In this document: piece by piece, positions 25,375 to 38,479 of the stretch
Position numbering within the stretch: position 1 is the first letter of the stretch
Layout: every line of letters starts with the position of its first letter
Source of the DNA: the human T2T-CHM13v2.0 reference genome, Homo sapiens
NCBI RefSeq assembly: GCF_009914755.1
Contig: NC_060932.1
Reading direction: 5' to 3' (one strand)
Length of the DNA stretch: 64,000 nucleotides
Notes under the pieces: generated by a model
The model's input: only the letters and a program-made list of their open reading frames with translations
Databases searched by the model: none
What the model was told of the DNA's origin: nothing
Position numbers and translations under genes: made by a program

Positions 25375-26459
25375 TCAGTGCAAATAGGGCCAACCAATCT
25401 TTGACAAAGGAGCAATTCAGTGTAGAAAAGATGGCTTTTTCAAAAACGGTGCTGGAACAACTGGACATCTACATGCAAGAAAAAATGGATGTAGACGTAA
25501 ACCTTTGACTTATAAAAAACATAACTGAAAATAGATTTTAGACCTATATATAAAATGCAAAACTGTAAAACTTATAGAAGATAGCATAAAATACCTAGGT
25601 AACCGTAGATTTAGTGATGACATTTTAGATATAGTACCAAAAGCACTGTTCATGAAAGAAATAATTGATAAGTTGAATTTGCATTAAAGTTAAAAACTTC
25701 TTTGTGAAGACCATGTTCAGAGAATGAAATGACAAGCTACAGACTGGGAGAAAATATTTACAAAACACTTACCTAATAAAATACATGGATTGGTAGCCAG
25801 GATTTATGACTTGTCTGCTTATCCAAAAATGGTACTCAGCCAAGATAAGAGGTCAGCTTCTTGCATTTCTTCACCTCTCTCACTTTCCTCCTCTTGCCTC
25901 CACTCCTGAAATGTTGCAAATGTTTCTGTAGACCAGCCCTACAGTGGGCAGAGACCCACTCCTTGCCTCTGTCTGTACCTGGTTGGTCTAAAGGCAATGA
26001 GAAAATGAAATCATTCCTTCTCTTGAAGTCTGTCTCCCTGAAGAGCACCTCCCATGTTCTTCTGACAGCTGAGGTGGACACATGCCTTTGGTCAGGCAGG
26101 TAAACAATTTTATGTGCAAATGAGTGGATTAGTTTCCATGGAGGGCACATGGCAATGTGAGGTCAAAACTAGGTTTCTGACCCCTGTGATGTGTGACACT
26201 TTCTGATATAGCAAAATATCTTTCTCCAGTAAGGTATATTCAAAGCTGCTGCTTCAAATTATTGCCAGTTAGTTTTGGGTACTTATTTTTGAACTCATGC
26301 CTCCTTGCGAACTTTTTCAATGAGTTTTAACAGGATCCATATTTTAATTTATACTTAGTAAACTCTATAAAACTGTCCTTCTTTGTGAAATATAATTAGA
26401 ACATTTTCCCTGTTATAGACTGTTTTTTAAGAGAGTTCATAGAATTTTAGTAATGTGGT

Positions 26460-28676
26460 GAGGGGTGTCGGGGATGCAGTGAGGGGCTGGGTTCTGGTCT
26501 TTGGTGACGTGGGGAGGGCGTCGGGGATGCAGTGAGGAGCTGGGTTCTGGTCTTTGGTGACGTGGGGAGGGCGTCGGGGATGCAGTGAGGGGCTGGGTTC
26601 TGGTCTTTGGTGTTGTGGGGAGGGCGTCGGGGATGCAGTGAGAGGCTGGGTTCTGGTCTTTGGTGTTGTGGGGAGGGCGTCGGGGATGCAGTGAGGGGCT
26701 GGGTTCTGGTCTTTGGTGTTGTGGGGAGGGCGTCGGGGATGCAGTGAGGGGCTGGGTTCTGGTCTTTGGTGACGTGGGGAGGGCGTCGGGGATGCAGTGA
26801 GAGGCTGGGTTCTGGTCTTTGGTGTTGTGGGGAGGGCGTCGGGGATGCAGTGAGGGGCTGGGTTCTGGTCTTTGGTGTTGTGGGGAGGGTGTCGGGGATG
26901 CAGTGAGGTGCTGGGTTCTGGTCTTTGGTGACGTGGGGAGGGCGTCGGGGATGCAGTGAGAGGGTGGGTTCTGGTCTTTGGTGTTGTGGGGAGGGCGTCG
27001 GGGATGCAGTGAGAGGCTGGGTTCTGGTCTTTGGTGTTGTGGGGAGGGCGTCGGGGATGCAGTGAGGTGCTGGGTTCTGGTCTTTGGTGTTGTGGGGAGG
27101 GCGTCGGGGATGCAGTGAGGGGCTGGGTTCTGGTCTTTGGTGACGTGGGGAGGGCGTCGGGGATGCAGTGAGGGGCTGGGTTCTGGTCTTTGGTGTTGTG
27201 GGGAGGGCGTCGGGGATGCAGTGAGAGGCTGGGTTCTGGTCTTTGGTGTTGTGGGGAGGGCGTCGGGGATGCAGTGAGGTGCTGGGTTCTGGTCTTTGGT
27301 GTTGTGGGGAGGGCGTCGGGGATGCAGTGAGGTGCTGGGTTCTGGTCTTTGGTGTTGTGGGGAGGGCGTCGGGGATGCAGTGAGGTGCTGGGTTCTGGTC
27401 TTTGGTGTTGTGGGGAGGGCGTCGGGGATGCAGTGAGGGGCTGGGTTCTGGTCTTTGGTGACGTGGGGAGGGCGTCGGGGATGCAGTGAGGGGCTGGGTT
27501 CTGGTCTTTGGTGTTGTGGGGAGGGCGTCGGGGATGCAGTGAGAGGCTGGGTTCTGGTCTTTGGTGACGTGGGGAGGGCGTCGGGGATGCAGTGAGAGGC
27601 TGGGTTCTGGTCTTTGGTGACGTGGGGAGGGCGTCGGGGATGCAGTGAGAGGGTGGGTTCTGGTCTTTGGTGTTGTGGGGAGGGCGTCGGGGATGCAGTG
27701 AGAGGGTGGGTTCTGGTCTTTGGTGTTGTGGGGAGGGCGTCGGGGATGCAGTGAGGTGCTGCGTTCTGGTCTTTGGTGTTGTGGGGAGGGCGTCGGGGAT
27801 GCAGTGAGAGGGTGGGTTCTGGTCTTTGGTGTTGTGGGGAGGGCGTCGGGGATGCAGTGAGGTGCTGGGTTCTGGTCTTTGGTGACGTGGGGAGGGCGTC
27901 GGGGATGCAGTGAGGTGCTGGGTTCTGGTCTTTGGTGTTGTGGGGAGGGCGTCGGGGATGCAGTGAGGTGCTGGGTTCTGGTCTTTGGTGACGTGGGGAG
28001 GGCGTCGGGGATGCAGTGAGGTGCTGGGTTCTGGTCTTTGGTGTTGTGGGGAGGGCGTCGGGGATGCAGTGAGGTGCTGGGTTCTGGTCTTTGGTGACGT
28101 GGGGAGGGCGTCGGGGATGCAGTGAGGGGCTGGGTTCTGGTCTTTGGTGACGTGGGGAGGGCGTCGGGGATGCAGTGAGGGGCTGGGTTCTGGTCTTTGG
28201 TGTTGTGGGGAGGGCGTCGGGGATGCAGTGAGAGGGTGGGTTCTGGTCTTTGGTGTTGTGGGGAGGGCGTCAGGGATGCAGTGAGAGGGTGGGTTCTGGT
28301 CTTTGGTGTTGTGGGGAGGGCGTCGGGGATGCAGTGAGAGGGTGGGTTCTGGTCTTTGGTGTTGTGGGGAGGGCGTCGGGGATGCAGTGAGGTGCTGGGT
28401 TCTGGTCTTTGGTGACGTGGGGAGGGCGTCGGGGATGCAGTGAGGGGCTGGGTTCTGGTCTTTGGTGTTGTGGGGAGGGCGTCGGGGATGCAGTGAGAGG
28501 GTGGGTTCTGGTCTTTGGTGTTGTGGGGAGGGCGTCGGGGATGCAGTGAGGTTCTGCGTTCTGGTCTTTGGTGTTGTGGGGAGGGCGTCGGGGATGCAGT
28601 GAGAGGGTGGGTTCTGGTCTTTGGTGTTGTGGGGAGGGCGTCGGGGATTCACTGAGGGGCTGAGTTCTGGTCTTTG
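26460..28676 (+). repeat. G-rich minisatellite, 53-bp unit, ~42 copies
   Basis: gggatgcagtgaggggctgggttctggtctttggtgacgtggggagggcgtcg; period 53 (26471, 26524). Confidence 0.98.
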
Positions 28677-29759
28677 CCACGCGGGCATGTGTATATCATC
28701 TGGTAAGGCATTTCAATGGTGGGATTTTCCCCAGAAGTGAATGAAGACTTTTCAAACAGCTTACCTTTTGATAAGCTTGACAAAACCAGGTTTCTTTACA
28801 CATTCCCAGTTAAAAATAATGCTGATCCCAAATACTCATAGCCAAAAATGTATGACATATTATTGCAAAAATAACTCCGTAATCTTTCTCTGCTGGCAAC
28901 GAGTTTAGGGTTTGCTGGTAGATCAGCAAGATTGGTGAGAGACCCTGTTAGGAAGCTTGGGATACTCCCCAGCTTGTTCCCACACTTCATTCTCCGCAGG
29001 AGTGTTCAGGAGCATGCAGTCCGAATGCTAGCCCTTGTCATTAAGAATTCTAAATTGGGGGTGGGGGATGGCGACTGCAGTTCTTGAATCCAGGTGAGCT
29101 CAACATTGTTAAGATTCTTCAAAAGCAATCACACTGACTTCACAAAGGAACATAATGGCACCTAGCATCTCTTCTGATGGGATTATAATGACAAACTAAT
29201 AAAAACAGTAAGCAAATGGAGATTACAGCTTTAAATATACTGACATCCGAAGGAGTGGGAAAATAGATGCTAAGACTGATGGGAATCTCAGTGGATATCC
29301 ACCCCACAAGGGAGAAATTGAGTAGTTGAACCTAACAGCAGACATAATAGTCTGTGATTTTATCCTTTTTCTAAAAATGTGCTGCCACCAAAGTGACACA
29401 GTGATCTTGTTCCCAGCCTCACATCCCTGACCTGTAACTGGAGAGACAGGAGACATGGTATTGTAATCAACTTGTGAAATTTGAGAAAAAAGTGCTTGCT
29501 GATTATCACTGTGTGGGCAGGTTTTGCACCTGCCTGTAATGATGGAGTAATTTCTCATTATCAGGTAAAGGGTGATCCTACTTTGAAATGAGAACTGCCC
29601 TCTGAGCGTCAGGAAGGGGTTGGATTGGTGGAAACTAGGTGTGAAGCATGGCTATCCACCCAAAATGACCCATTGTTTTCAGGCACATGTGCCAGTCCTT
29701 TCTCTTGCATGCAGTTTTAAGGAAGGATTAGGATATTTTGAGATGTAACAGTTTTGTCA

Positions 29760-30350
29760 CATGGCCTGCCTAAGTGAAAGAAGGGAAACATTTGCAGTCT
29801 TGGACACTCAGTCCTTTGGGAGGAAGTTTGCGGTTTCCTTGGGTTTGCCATTCTGTGTTCCACATCACAGCTGTGGTAAGAAAGAGGAGTGAGAGAGGGG
29901 CTGGGAGTGAGGCACGCAGAACCATGGAGCTGCTAAGGGGAGATGTCTGTCTGCAACCTCTAGGACTTGGCAACTGTTCAAAGGTGGATTTGTGGAAGTT
30001 TTGGCTTCAGTGACTGGGAAAACGATAGTGCCATTCGTGCATGGGACACCAAGGCCAGACTCAGAGCTGGGATTCCGGGAGTCAGGAGTGACTGAAGAGG
30101 AGACCTCTCAGGAGACAAATCTATAACTTGGAGGGATTCAGGCCAGACTTTGTGATTTGAAAATCATCTGCGTGGACATTGTAGCCAAAGAAACGGGATG
30201 GGAGGAAATATCCATAGAAGGTGCAGGGCCCACCGTGTGGAATGGTGGAATCCTACATTTTGGTTAATGACCTGGGAAAGACATGCTTTGGGCTATTGAT
30301 GGCTGTAGGGTCCAGATTGCAAAAGCTCAGCAGTGCGTAGGGATAGACCT
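29760..30350 (-). mobile_element. L2 fragment (highly diverged)
   Basis: gttttggcttcagtgactgggaaaacgatagtgccatt; gatttgaaaatcatctgcgtggacattgtag. Confidence 0.55.
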
Positions 30351-30864
30351 TCTAAAAACACAAAGTCAACTATTGCAGTTAAACTGCATGTAATCAGCCA
30401 CAATTGAACCAAGTTTCCATTTCCTGTGTCATCCTTGTACCTGAGAGTGCCTTGGAGCAGGGATTGGGAACTGTGACCTTGGGTGCTTATTTCTGTTCTC
30501 TCTTCGCCAATTCATTCGCTCAAGGTTGTGAAACACGTGCTGTGTGCTGTCCATGGCGCTGAACTCTGTTGACACAGAGGTGAATCCAGGTGGGCAGGTA
30601 AGAGGAGGAGTCAGTTAAAGCAGCCGTGCTGAGGAAGGAGAGACTCCAGCAGGAAGGAAGGAAGCTGGGTTCCGGGAGGACACGCTGGCTCAGCTGAGGA
30701 GACAGAGATGCAGGATAGGGAATGGGGGCTCGACAGGTGGCAGCTGAGCGTTTGGATGACCTGGGGCCAATGGGAGAGGGAGGGATAGGAGTGGACAACG
30801 GGCAGCAGTTAGGGAACACACAGGAACGCCTGGAATTCTAGACTGAGGAGCTGAGACATTCGTG

Positions 30865-31850
30865 TGATAGTGGCAAAATGTACATAACATAAAATTTACC
30901 ATTTTAATCATCTGGGTTCACAGTTCAATGGTATTAATTATATCTATAATGTTATGTGACCAACATTACCATCTATTTCCGGAAAATTTTCCTTAGGCCA
31001 CATAGAAACTCTATCCCTGGTGAAGACTGGCTTCCTGTCCCCTGCCCCAGACCCTGCACCTGTAACCTACTGTCTGTCTCTCGGAATTCCCCTATGCTAG
31101 ATATTTCATGTAAGTGAGATCATACGGCATTTGTCCTTTGGTGCCTGGCTTATTTCACTTAGCATAGTGTTTCCAAGGCTCATCTGGGTTGTGGCATGCA
31201 TCAGAATACCGTTGCTTTCTGGGGCTGAGTTGCCCCTCCTTGTAGGCATAGACCATATTCTGTTGATCCATGTACCTGCTGATGGGGACTTTGGCTGTGT
31301 CCCACCTTTTGTCTATTGTGCTATTGTGAATAAGGCAACAACGACACTGGTGTCCCAGTGTCCACTTGAGTCTCTGCTTGTGATTCTTTGGCTTTGTATC
31401 TAGGAGTGGAAGCGCTAGGTCATTTGGTAAATCTGTTTAACCTTTTAAGGAATAGTCAAACTGTTTGCACAGCAGCTGCGCCGTTTTACATTTTACCAGC
31501 AGCGTACGAGGGTTCCAGTTTCTCTGCATCCTCTCCAATATGGTATTTTTTGTTGTTTGATAGTAGCTGTACTAGTGAGTGTGAGGTGGTATCTCACTGT
31601 GTTTTATATTTGCATTTCCCTGACAATTAGTGACGTTGAGCACCTTTCATGTATTTATTATCCATTTGTTCATCTTTGGAGAAATACTGATCCAAATCCT
31701 TTGCTTATTTTCTAATTGGTTTGCTAATGTGTTGTTGACTTGTAGAAGTTCTTTATATATTGTGGATATTAATCTCTTCTCAGATGTTTTGTTTGAAACT
31801 ATTTGCTCTTGTTCTATGAATCCTCTTTCCACAAAGAGTTTGAACTTTAA
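30865..31850 (-). mobile_element. L1MB-type 3' end
   Basis: aaatgtacataacataaaatttaccatttt; ttgtcctttggtgcctggcttatttcacttagcatagtgtttccaaggctcatc; gtggtatctcactgtg...tttgcatttccctga. Confidence 0.85.
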
Positions 31851-32124
31851 CGTTGAATGGGAATCCAGTGCATCTCCGTGCCTGCGGGTCTTCCTTGTTT
31901 TCTGCTGTTCACAGGTAAACTGGATACCACATCCCTGGCCTTGGAAGTCATCTCTGGGCAGTGCTGTCCTTTTGCTCCTCCACCTTTAAACTTGCTTTGC
32001 TCCTGGCTAACCATGTCTCCTCTGCACAGCATGGGACAGGTTAGTTAGGAATGCTCTTCAGCCTCCCAAGGGGCCTGGCTCTGGTGCCTTCCAGTGGAGC
32101 GAGTGTGGACAGGTTGTATAACTC

Positions 32125-32280
32125 CACTGTGTCTCAGTTTCTGCATTTCTTCATCTACGGAGCAGAGATAATAACAGTACCTAACCCACGGGTGACCGTG
32201 CAAGACCCGTTAATGGATGAATGCACATGAAACCTTGGAACCATGCCTCAGCAGGCACTCAGCATGTGCGACAGTTTTTA
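32125..32280 (+). mobile_element. MIR fragment
   Basis: ctgtgtctcagtttc...tcatct...agataataacagtacctaacc. Confidence 0.6.
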
Positions 32281-33149
32281 CTGTAATATTTTTTATTTTC
32301 AACTAGACTCAAGAGCTGTTGATATTTTTGTGGCTTCTTTACTCTTATCTCATTCTTTTACCTCTGCTAAGTGGAGCTGTTTAGCAATCAGTCGATGGTT
32401 TGAGTGACTTCTCTGTGCCTAGACCCACAAAGGGCTTTTCTCTAGAAAGAGTTTAGAAAGATTTTTATGAAGTGATAGATATTTTTTCTTTGTCAAGGAA
32501 AAATAGAGCCTTATAAAGAAGGCCAACTTGCTATGGAGGGAAGCGAAGGTGAAGAGGCTTAGGAAGATGAGGATTCTTTGCTATAAAATAAAATTCTTGC
32601 AAGAAAAATAAATGCAATATGGATATGAGCAAATTCTTGGATTTGTGGTCTCAAGACTTTTGTGAATGCTGCTGACCTAACCAATAAGTCTCTGCACTGT
32701 GCTCGGACCTAAAGCAGCTGGGCTACCTTTCGTATGGAGCTTTCTAGTCCACAGTTGGTCCGTTTATACTGCCTGGTACTTTAGTATTTGTGTTCATTTT
32801 TTATCTGCTTTAATACACTCTAGGAATTTTAAAGGTAGGATTTTTTTTTTTTTTTTTTTTTTACATTTCTGATCCCTTCGTGGGTTTTTGCACAAAAAGC
32901 TCCTTAAGAAAGATTTGCCAAATGCGTATATCTGCTTTAGTTTCCTATTTCTATATAGAGCCTCCCTTTAGATAGGGAGCTGTTTGAAAAATAAGAGCTA
33001 CTATTCACTTTTCCTGCGGGATAGGATCAGGGCAGGGTGAACTTACCCGATGGACCTGACGGACTAGCCGGCCTTGGTCCACACAGCACAAGTTTCCCAT
33101 TTAGATAATGTTCTCTTGAAAATCGGACACTGATGGACCTTTAAATATG

Positions 33150-33473
33150 CCCTTAGAATCCACGTGTTGGTGGAAGGTACAAGTCCTCGAGATGTTCTTG
33201 TGTCCCTTAGAATCCACGTGTTGGTGGAAGGTACAGGTCGTTGAGATGTTCTTCTGTCCCTTAGAATCCACGTGTTGGTGGAAGGTACAGGTCGTCGAGA
33301 TGTTCTTGTGTCCCTTAGAATCCACGTGTTGGTGGAAGGTACAGGTCGTCGAGATGTTCTTCTGTCCCTTAGAATCCACGTGTTGGTGGAAGGTACAGGT
33401 CGTCAAGATGTTCTTCTATCCCTTAGAATCCACGTGTTGGTGGAAAGTACAGGTCCTTGAGATGTTCTTCTGT
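33150..33473 (+). repeat. Minisatellite, 54-bp unit, 6 copies, one CACGTG per unit
   Basis: cccttagaatccacgtgttggtggaaggtacaggtcgtcgagatgttcttgtgt. Confidence 0.96.
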
Positions 33474-33601
33474 TCAAATTCCACCTTCATCGTACATACC
33501 CTGGATATGTCACGTAACTTCCCTGAGACTCAGTTTACTCATTTGTTAATTGGGTGACTCTGAAGATAAAAAGAGGTAGCATTTATTTTAATTTTTTTTA
33601 A

Positions 33602-33893
<292 letters not shown>

Positions 33894-35279
33894 CTGAGGT
33901 AACATTGCTAATGCCCGGTGTGGTGCCTTGCTATTCCAGGATTCCTGAGGAAGAGTGTGCCGAGCACACAGAAGTCAGAGAAATGGTCCTTGGGTGCGCG
34001 GGCGGTCACTCCTCCCGGTGTCTCATGTGTAGCTTTTGGGCACCTGTCCCTACCTCGTAGCAGGAAACTGTTTATTGGGATTCCCAAAAGTAAGTATTTT
34101 AAAAATCATATGGAAAGAATCTTGAATTGAGACTTAAACGTCCTGGATTCTAGCCCAGTTTTGCCGACACCTGACCTTGGGCACAGCACAGCTTTGTCAG
34201 CCTGTTTTCTTCTATGCGAGGTGAGCTGTCTGAGCTGGTCAAAATCTCTCTCAAGGATAATATTCTCTGCCTCTGTGAAATCCCAGTGCATGCCTTTCAT
34301 TTTTGCTCAGTCCATAAAAAAACTTCACTAAAAGCTTTTAATTGTGCCCTTACAGGGCTCAAAGCCCCTGCCTCCAATCCAGGAGCTGGTAGCTCTCAGA
34401 GGGCCCTGTTTCTAAGGGGTTGGGCCTAGGTTTATCTTGGTTGTGGGGATGGTCAGCTTGGCCCACGCTCCTGGCCACAGACCAAACCACGGCCGTGCCT
34501 GGCATCTTCCCTGCAAAGATTGTGTAGAGCAGGCCTGGCGCAGTAGTGAGAACAGCTCTTGACACATCTGCCACTCTCCAAGAACAGCGGTGTAAAGAGC
34601 ACGGCCTCCCAGTCAATACGCCGACCTCACTTAAAGACAGGACGTGATTAGCTGAGATGTGTTTAGATGTACAGCTACCCTTATTGCATCTGTTTTTACG
34701 TTTTTAATTATTTAGAATTTGGGTTGCTGAGTCCCTCATAAGTGATTGGTTAGGACAATGAATGCAAGTGGCATAAACAAATGCACCTGATTCTTCACTG
34801 GTCATAAAATGAGGGTGACCTGAATTTTTCTTTGTCTGTGTCTGTTACTATTGATCATCATAATGGGAACGATAGCTAGGCTCCTAACCTCACCTCAAAA
34901 TAATTGCTTCCTGTGTGTATTTATCTAAATGCTAAGCTTAAACAGAACAGATGTGAAATGTCTCAGGCATACTTCCAAATAAATCTTGAGGGGAAAGTAA
35001 AGCAAATATTTATAAAGAGCCTCAGAGTTTGCATAATGTTTCCACGTAGTCATATCTTGAGAGTGATCATGCCAGAGATCTTCGGGTATTTCCAAGGTCC
35101 CTGGCTGAGCATGGTTGTGTGCAGGTTACAGCCTGATCCAGAGGAAAGAGAAATCAGTGGAAATGAGTCAAGATACAAGGTCCGAAGGCCTGGCTCAGCT
35201 CTCCACACCCACTGTCCGTAGATGTGTGTCCTTCAGCACGGTCTCATGTAGAATGCTCACTGTTGGCATGGTGGGTACA

Positions 35280-35440
35280 TAAGCTTCAGAGTCAGATCTA
35301 ATGCTGTGTAGGCAAGTTGCTTAATTCCTCAGAACTGTGATTTCCATACTGACAAAACAAGGGCCATGACAACCACCTCATGGTGTTGTCAGGATTAAAT
35401 GAGATCATCCATGTGCCAGCACATCCGTAGTCTCAAAGAT
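35280..35440 (+). mobile_element. MIR fragment
   Basis: agagtcagatct...ggcaagttgcttaattcctc...tgttgtcaggattaaatgagat. Confidence 0.65.
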
Positions 35441-35924
35441 GTTAATTTCCCTGGTCTTTCACCAGTTGCTTAGCAAGTATATGTGATTAATGCAGGTAAA
35501 ATTTTACAAAGAGAATTTATTATGCTGTGAAGGAGAGTTGACCAATCAAATCATGTAGGAGGTTTATAATGTTTTATAACATGAAATTCTAGTAAGTACA
35601 ATCTGTATTATCTGAGAGAAGAATATCTGGTAATGGCAGAATATTTTGCCTTTGTTAATTTCCCTAAAATATTGAGAATTTGTCATGAGAAAGATTATTT
35701 CAAGGTAACGCTTATCTTTGGCCTTTTGATCCCAGTGTTTCCCCAGATGTGAGAGTGAGGGATGTGTGGTTCATTAGCAGCAAGGACCACAGGCACAGGA
35801 GCTGCCCATTTGCTCAGTCGATCACCTGACAAACCCCCTGTTTCAGCTCCTCGATGAAACCCTCTTCCTGGGCCTCCCTCCCTGAAGATGCTCTTGGTGG
35901 AATAAAAACTTCCTGAAGAAGATG

Positions 35925-36160
35925 CTCATTAGAGGGGAGTATGACTAGTTAGGAAGAAGTTTCTGGAAACTCTTGATATCCCCATTATTAGGGGGGAGTA
36001 TGGCTGGTTGGGAAGAAGTTTCTGGAAACTCTTGATATCCACGTTATTAGGGGGGAGTATGGCTGGTTGGGAAGAAGTTTCTGGAAGCTCTTCATAGCTC
36101 ACTTATTAGTAGGGAGTGTGACTGGTTGGGAAGAGGCTTCCGGAAGCTCTTGGGATCCCA
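35925..36160 (+). repeat. Minisatellite, 59-bp unit, ~4 copies (diverging)
   Basis: ttattaggggggagtatggctggttgggaagaagtttctggaaactcttgatatcc; period 59. Confidence 0.9.
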
Positions 36161-36277
36161 AAGAGCTTAGGATGTTTAGCACAGCAGGGGTAGGGAGAGC
36201 TGTGTCAGCCTGTTGAGCTGCATGGCTTCTGTGCCGGGTTTCCTTTATGCTAATGGCAATGTGAATTAAACTTTTCT

Positions 36278-36367
36278 TTTTTTAAAAAATTTCACTTTAA
36301 GTTCTGGGATATATGTGCAGAACGTGCAGGTTTATTACATAGGTATTCATGTGCCAGGGTGGTTGCA
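36278..36367 (-). mobile_element. Severely 5'-truncated L1PA (~90 bp) with 14-bp TSD
   Basis: actttaagttctgggatatatgtgcagaacgtgcaggttt...cataggtat (L1PA 3' end, antisense); TSD aattaaacttttct 36264-36277 / 36368-36381. Confidence 0.88.
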
Positions 36368-36618
36368 AATTAAACTTTTCTCTAGACATTTTAGTATCTT
36401 ACTTTATGTGGTTCCTAATTATTATCTAGTGTTAAGTGTTGCATAAGTATAATTTCTTACTTAGAGTTAAAAATTACAGCTAAAACAAAGTTTCTTCCAA
36501 TTACTGAGAGAGAGAAAGGGGCTGTGTTCTGAGGCAAGTGGAAGGAAGGACTGGAGGAGAAAAGGAGACTAATAATGTATTTACTGGGCACCCACTGCAT
36601 GTCAAACACTGTATTTGA

Positions 36619-36915
36619 TTTTTTTTTTTTTTTGAGACAGAGTCTCACTCTGTTGCCTAGGCTGGAGTGCAATGATGCAATCTTGGCTCACTGAAACCTG
36701 CTTCTCCCAGGTTCAAGTGATTCTCCTGCCTAAGCTTCCCAAGTAGCCAGGATTATAGGCACCTGCCACCATGCCTGGCTAATTTTTGTATTTTTGGTAG
36801 AGATGGGGTTTTGCCATGTTGGCCAGGCTGGTCTCAAACTCCTGACCTCCAGTGATCCACCCGTCTCGACCTTCCAGAGTACTAGGATTACAGGCATGAG
36901 CCACCGCACCTGGCC
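36619..36915 (-). mobile_element. AluS
   Basis: poly-T, gagacagagtctcactctgttgcc...gagccaccgcacctggcc. Confidence 0.93.
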
Positions 36916-38479
36916 CCTTGATTTTTAGTAATGTGGTATCATTTAATGTATACAGTAATCCACAAGGAGGAAGTAAAAATCATGGAGCAAATCCCTGGTG
37001 AAATCAGGTTCGAATTTGATTTTTTTCTGCTTCACCAAACTCCCGTCTTTTTTCCTATACTTCTTTGGGCATTTCGGTTCTTCCTGAATTCTCTCTGCTC
37101 TCCTTCCTATTCAGTGGTGCCACCGGAGGTTGGTTTGTGATGGTGTCTTTGCAGGAGTGCCTGGTGCCCTGGCCGGGGTCGCCTGAGATCAGGAAGCCTG
37201 GGCAGAGATGGTCAGTCACCATGTCTGAGATGGTGAGCTCAGCTGCAGGTTTAGGACGTGTCCACGGGTCCTGCTGGGATTCTGCAGGTCTCAGTGGGGC
37301 TGGGCTGGGAATTGCCTTTGGCCTGGCTTGCACAACTGTAGAAATCGTGTGGAAGGAGGCATCATCACCTCCCTTGGCTGCAGCCCATCCTGTTTTGAAG
37401 ATCAGGTCTCCAGAGACCACAGGAGGAAGAGACAGGCCCAGCACAGTTCTGCCGGATGCCCCCACGACCTTCCCTTGTCCATTTTCCAGTCTCTGTTGTT
37501 GAACTACTGGTTTTGTGGTTACCCTGGAAACTCAGCCAGCAAACAAAATAGACAAACTGCTTATTTGTCAAGATCTTTAGCTTCCTGGTCTTACTGCAGC
37601 TCGTGGGAATCCTGCTGTCTTCCCCTTGAATAGTAACCTCAGCTTTTCTGCCTGGAGGTGGGTAATTAGTCCAAGCCGACGACAAGCCCACTCCTTTCAC
37701 CAAGGCAGTTGCTATTTAAGCGCTTCTCACTTTTACTCACACCGGGTGCTTCCTGTGTGCTGGCTTCTTCCCCAGTTTCCCCCAACATATGACAGATAAA
37801 AAGGATCCTCTCTTTCAGCTGTTAATTTCCAACTCACCTAGGATTCTATTACATGTTTTACATATGTGGTCAGCAATATTCTCCGTATGTATTAAGGAGA
37901 TCAGTGCTTCTCTGTGGCTTCAGTGATATCCATCAAAACAAGTCTGGTTCTCGATGTAGCTTCTAGCACCATTGAATTTTCCTCCATGTGCACCTGACTG
38001 GGGAGGAAACTGTCTAAAGGGGCCTAGCATGGTTCTATTGTCATAGGCCCTGATGGGAGTTGCGTTATTTTCTATGGTTTTCACGTTCTTATAGGTTGGT
38101 AGCTAATCGCATGATTTTTATGTGGAATGTATTTTCTAAAGAGTATGTATTTAGTACCCTTTAGTATTCAGATAGAGAAATAGGTCCCAAATCACCTTCA
38201 GATGCAAAACAGAATTTTATAAGTGTGCATTTTAAAAAGCAAATAGATTTTAGCTTCAGGGTCACTGTGGAATCTAGAAGTGAAACTGAAGCCCTGTAAG
38301 TCTCTTGGCAAAGTGTCATTCTTTATTCTTCTCTCCGAAGCTGCAGGTAACACTCAGCCTTAAATTCTCTTATTACCTGCCCAAAGTCATTTCCTTTGGT
38401 ATTCATTTCACATGAAGGACAGGGATGTGGCGTCTTCTTTTTAATTTGCAGTTTGTTTGGCAACAACAGGCCTTGAAGA

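Noticed and set aside
26427-28688. 753-aa ORF as a real CDS
   Set aside because: Entirely a 53-bp VNTR whose period is not a multiple of 3; no domain or splice context. Kept only as a low-interest finding.
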